Shown here piece by piece: positions 62,158-64,000 of a stretch of 64,000 bases of DNA. The translations under genes and the position numbers were made by a program. The stretch is taken from assembly GCA_028534125.1 (NCBI GenBank), contig CM052816.1, positions 75,270,001 to 75,334,000 of the forward strand. Direction: 5' to 3'. A model generated the notes under the pieces. The model ran no database searches, was not told where the DNA came from, and saw nothing but the letters and a program-made list of their open reading frames with translations. This DNA is from Lama glama. Its lineage: Eukaryota. How positions within the stretch are numbered: position 1 is the stretch's first letter; each line of letters starts with the position of its first letter.

Positions 62158-62374
62158 GCAAGTTTGAGATTTGCAAATATTAACTACTGTGTAAAAAAAT
62201 AGATAGATAATAAATTTATTTTATATAGCACAGGGAACTATATTCAATATGGTGTAATAACCTTTCATGAAAAAGAATATGAAAATGAATATATGTATAT
62301 ATATGCATAACTGGGACATTATATTTTACACTTAAAATTGATACATTATAACAGTATACTTCAATAATAAAAAA
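62158..62374 (+). mobile_element. Nested cetartiodactyl/camelid L1 3' terminus
   Basis: gagatttgcaaatattaactact...tatagcacagggaactatattcaatat...gaatatgaaaatgaatatatgtat...tatacttcaataataaaaaa. Confidence 0.88.
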
Positions 62375-64000
62375 GCTTATTTCATTTTGATAACTAAAAT
62401 CCACAATTTTAGTTGAGGACTATTTTCAGCATAATTCTCATATTACATGTTAGACTATGCAGTTTAAAATTAGTAAAATCATGTATGATTAGACAAGAAA
62501 ATAAACAAGCTTGATATAACAGGTATATAGAATTATGCTCCTCAAAATTAAAGAATATTCATTTTTTAAGCACATTTGTAATATATTTAAATATTAACCA
62601 CATATGTCATATAGGAGATCTCAACAAATACCAAGATTAAATATCAAGTTCATACACACCAAGTTATTTACAATACAAAAAGTAGAAATAAATAACAAAA
62701 ACAAAATAATTTAAAGAGGCATTAAGGAATTAAAAATTAAAAATTAAAATATTTTTTAGATTGAAGAAAAGTAATGGACAATAAACCTAGATATTAAACC
62801 TTGTGAAATGAAGCTAAAATGGTCCTTAGAATAAAATTTAGAGCCTTTTATGCATATATTAGAAAAGAAAATATGTGAATTAATAAGCTAATCATCTAAC
62901 TTAAAAAGCTGAAAGAGTAAAAAGAAATTAAATCCAAATAAAGGAGGAAAAACTAAGAAGAGAAACTGATTAAATACAAATCAGATAATACAGAAACAAC
63001 AAAATAAAAATCTATTTGTCCTAATGAAATAGACTAACCTCTAGAAAAATTGATCAAGAAAAAAATGGAATATAAAAATAAATAATGCTAAAAAATGAAG
63101 AGAAATTATAACTATTGGGGCAGTAGAATTTTAAGAGAAGTCCATATTTATGCCAATACATTTGAAAAAGTTAATGTTTTTAAAAACAGAACTTTCTAAA
63201 AATAACTTAATTAGAAATAGAAAGGCCAAAAAGCCTATAATGATTAAGCAGGAAAAAACAACTTTAAAAAAATCTCTTCTTACTGACAAACATAACATTT
63301 GGACCAGAATATATCCCAAGCATAATCTTCTAACCCATTAAAGAACATATAAACTCCTATTTCATATGAACTGTTCTGGAGAAGAGAAAAAAGATTAAAT
63401 TACAAATCAAAGTCAGATAGGATTTATGCTAAGAATTCAAGTATATTTTAAAATGAGAACATCTGTAAATGTTATTTCCCACATCAACAGATTAAAAAAG
63501 GAAAAAAAAAGATTTGATCATTTCAGAAATGTAAAGAAGGTTTTTGATAAAATTCAACACCAATTCACAATTTTTTTAAAAAGCAGTTTTTAGCAGACTA
63601 AGCATTGAAAAGAGATTCCTTACTCAGATAAAGTGTATCTACCAGATATCTTAAATTTAGCATTCTATTGAACAATGAGAGACTCTGAAAATTTAGAAAC
63701 AAGGTAAAGATGTCCACCCTCTTTACTACTATCCAGCACTGTGTTGAGGGACTAGCTAGTAAACTAAGAAAACACACACACATTGGAAAGTAAGAGATAA
63801 AACTGTTACTTTTTGTAACAAGTCAAACTATGAGCTGCCTGAAAATAAATCTAACAAAAGGGGGAGAGAAACTTCATGAGCAAATTATAAAGCCTTACTT
63901 GACATAAAAGAAGTCCAGAGTGAATGAAGAGAAGACTAATGTTAGAAGGTGGGAAGAGTCCAATATAATAAAGATGACAATTCTCCCAAAATTGTTCAAT

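Larger units (their letters stand above)
58320..64000 (+). mobile_element. Long ancient L1 (5' region, ORF1, spacer, ORF2 EN to RT), running past the window end and carrying three nested insertions
   Basis: ORF1-like EIENRAEKINKSSTSREKNENINDRIRVVEDRTRKSK; EN-like gaagaagttaaaagtaaaaggatggaaaa (KKLKVKGWK); RT-like tttgataaaattcaacacc and gaaacaaggtaaagatgtcc; 5' boundary uncertain. Confidence 0.8.

Noticed and set aside
1..64000. L1 strand bias as evidence for a host gene direction
   Set aside because: L1 fragments occur on both strands with no convincing skew
1..64000. Novel multi-gene system, tRNA/rRNA/snRNA genes, processed pseudogene or CpG-island promoter
   Set aside because: Nothing recognisable by eye; the poly(A) tracts at 11154 and 35521 are not preceded by identifiable mRNA-like sequence. 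Infernal/Rfam and BLASTX runs would be needed to exclude these formally

Overview
AT-rich, CpG-depleted mammalian genomic DNA (intronic or intergenic), with no CpG island and two 500-N scaffold gaps (5142-5641, 44882-45381). A large part of the window is interspersed repeat: LINE-1 of several ages, LINE-2, MIR, MaLR/ERV LTRs, and hAT-Charlie and Tigger DNA transposons. The young repeats are cetartiodactyl-type L1 3' ends, and I saw no Alu, B1/B2, BovB/Bov-tA, PRE-1, CHR or Can-SINE. From this I infer a camelid (camel/alpaca) genome. I found no protein-coding gene, RNA gene or CRISPR array that I can identify. The ORFs I can recognise are L1/L2 remnants or gap artefacts, and the rest look like chance ORFs. 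The best-supported structures are retrotransposition scars: a twin-primed (5'-inverted) L1 with a perfect 15-bp TSD, an unusual head-to-head L1 with a duplicated RT segment, a close inverted pair of young L1 3' UTRs, and multi-layer nesting. Weaker, speculative signals are a set of minus-strand exon-like segments (possible unannotated spliced transcript) and a few motif-dense candidate enhancers. I do not see evidence for a novel biological system. Repeat family names come from recognising consensus features by eye, and boundaries are approximate unless a TSD is quoted.
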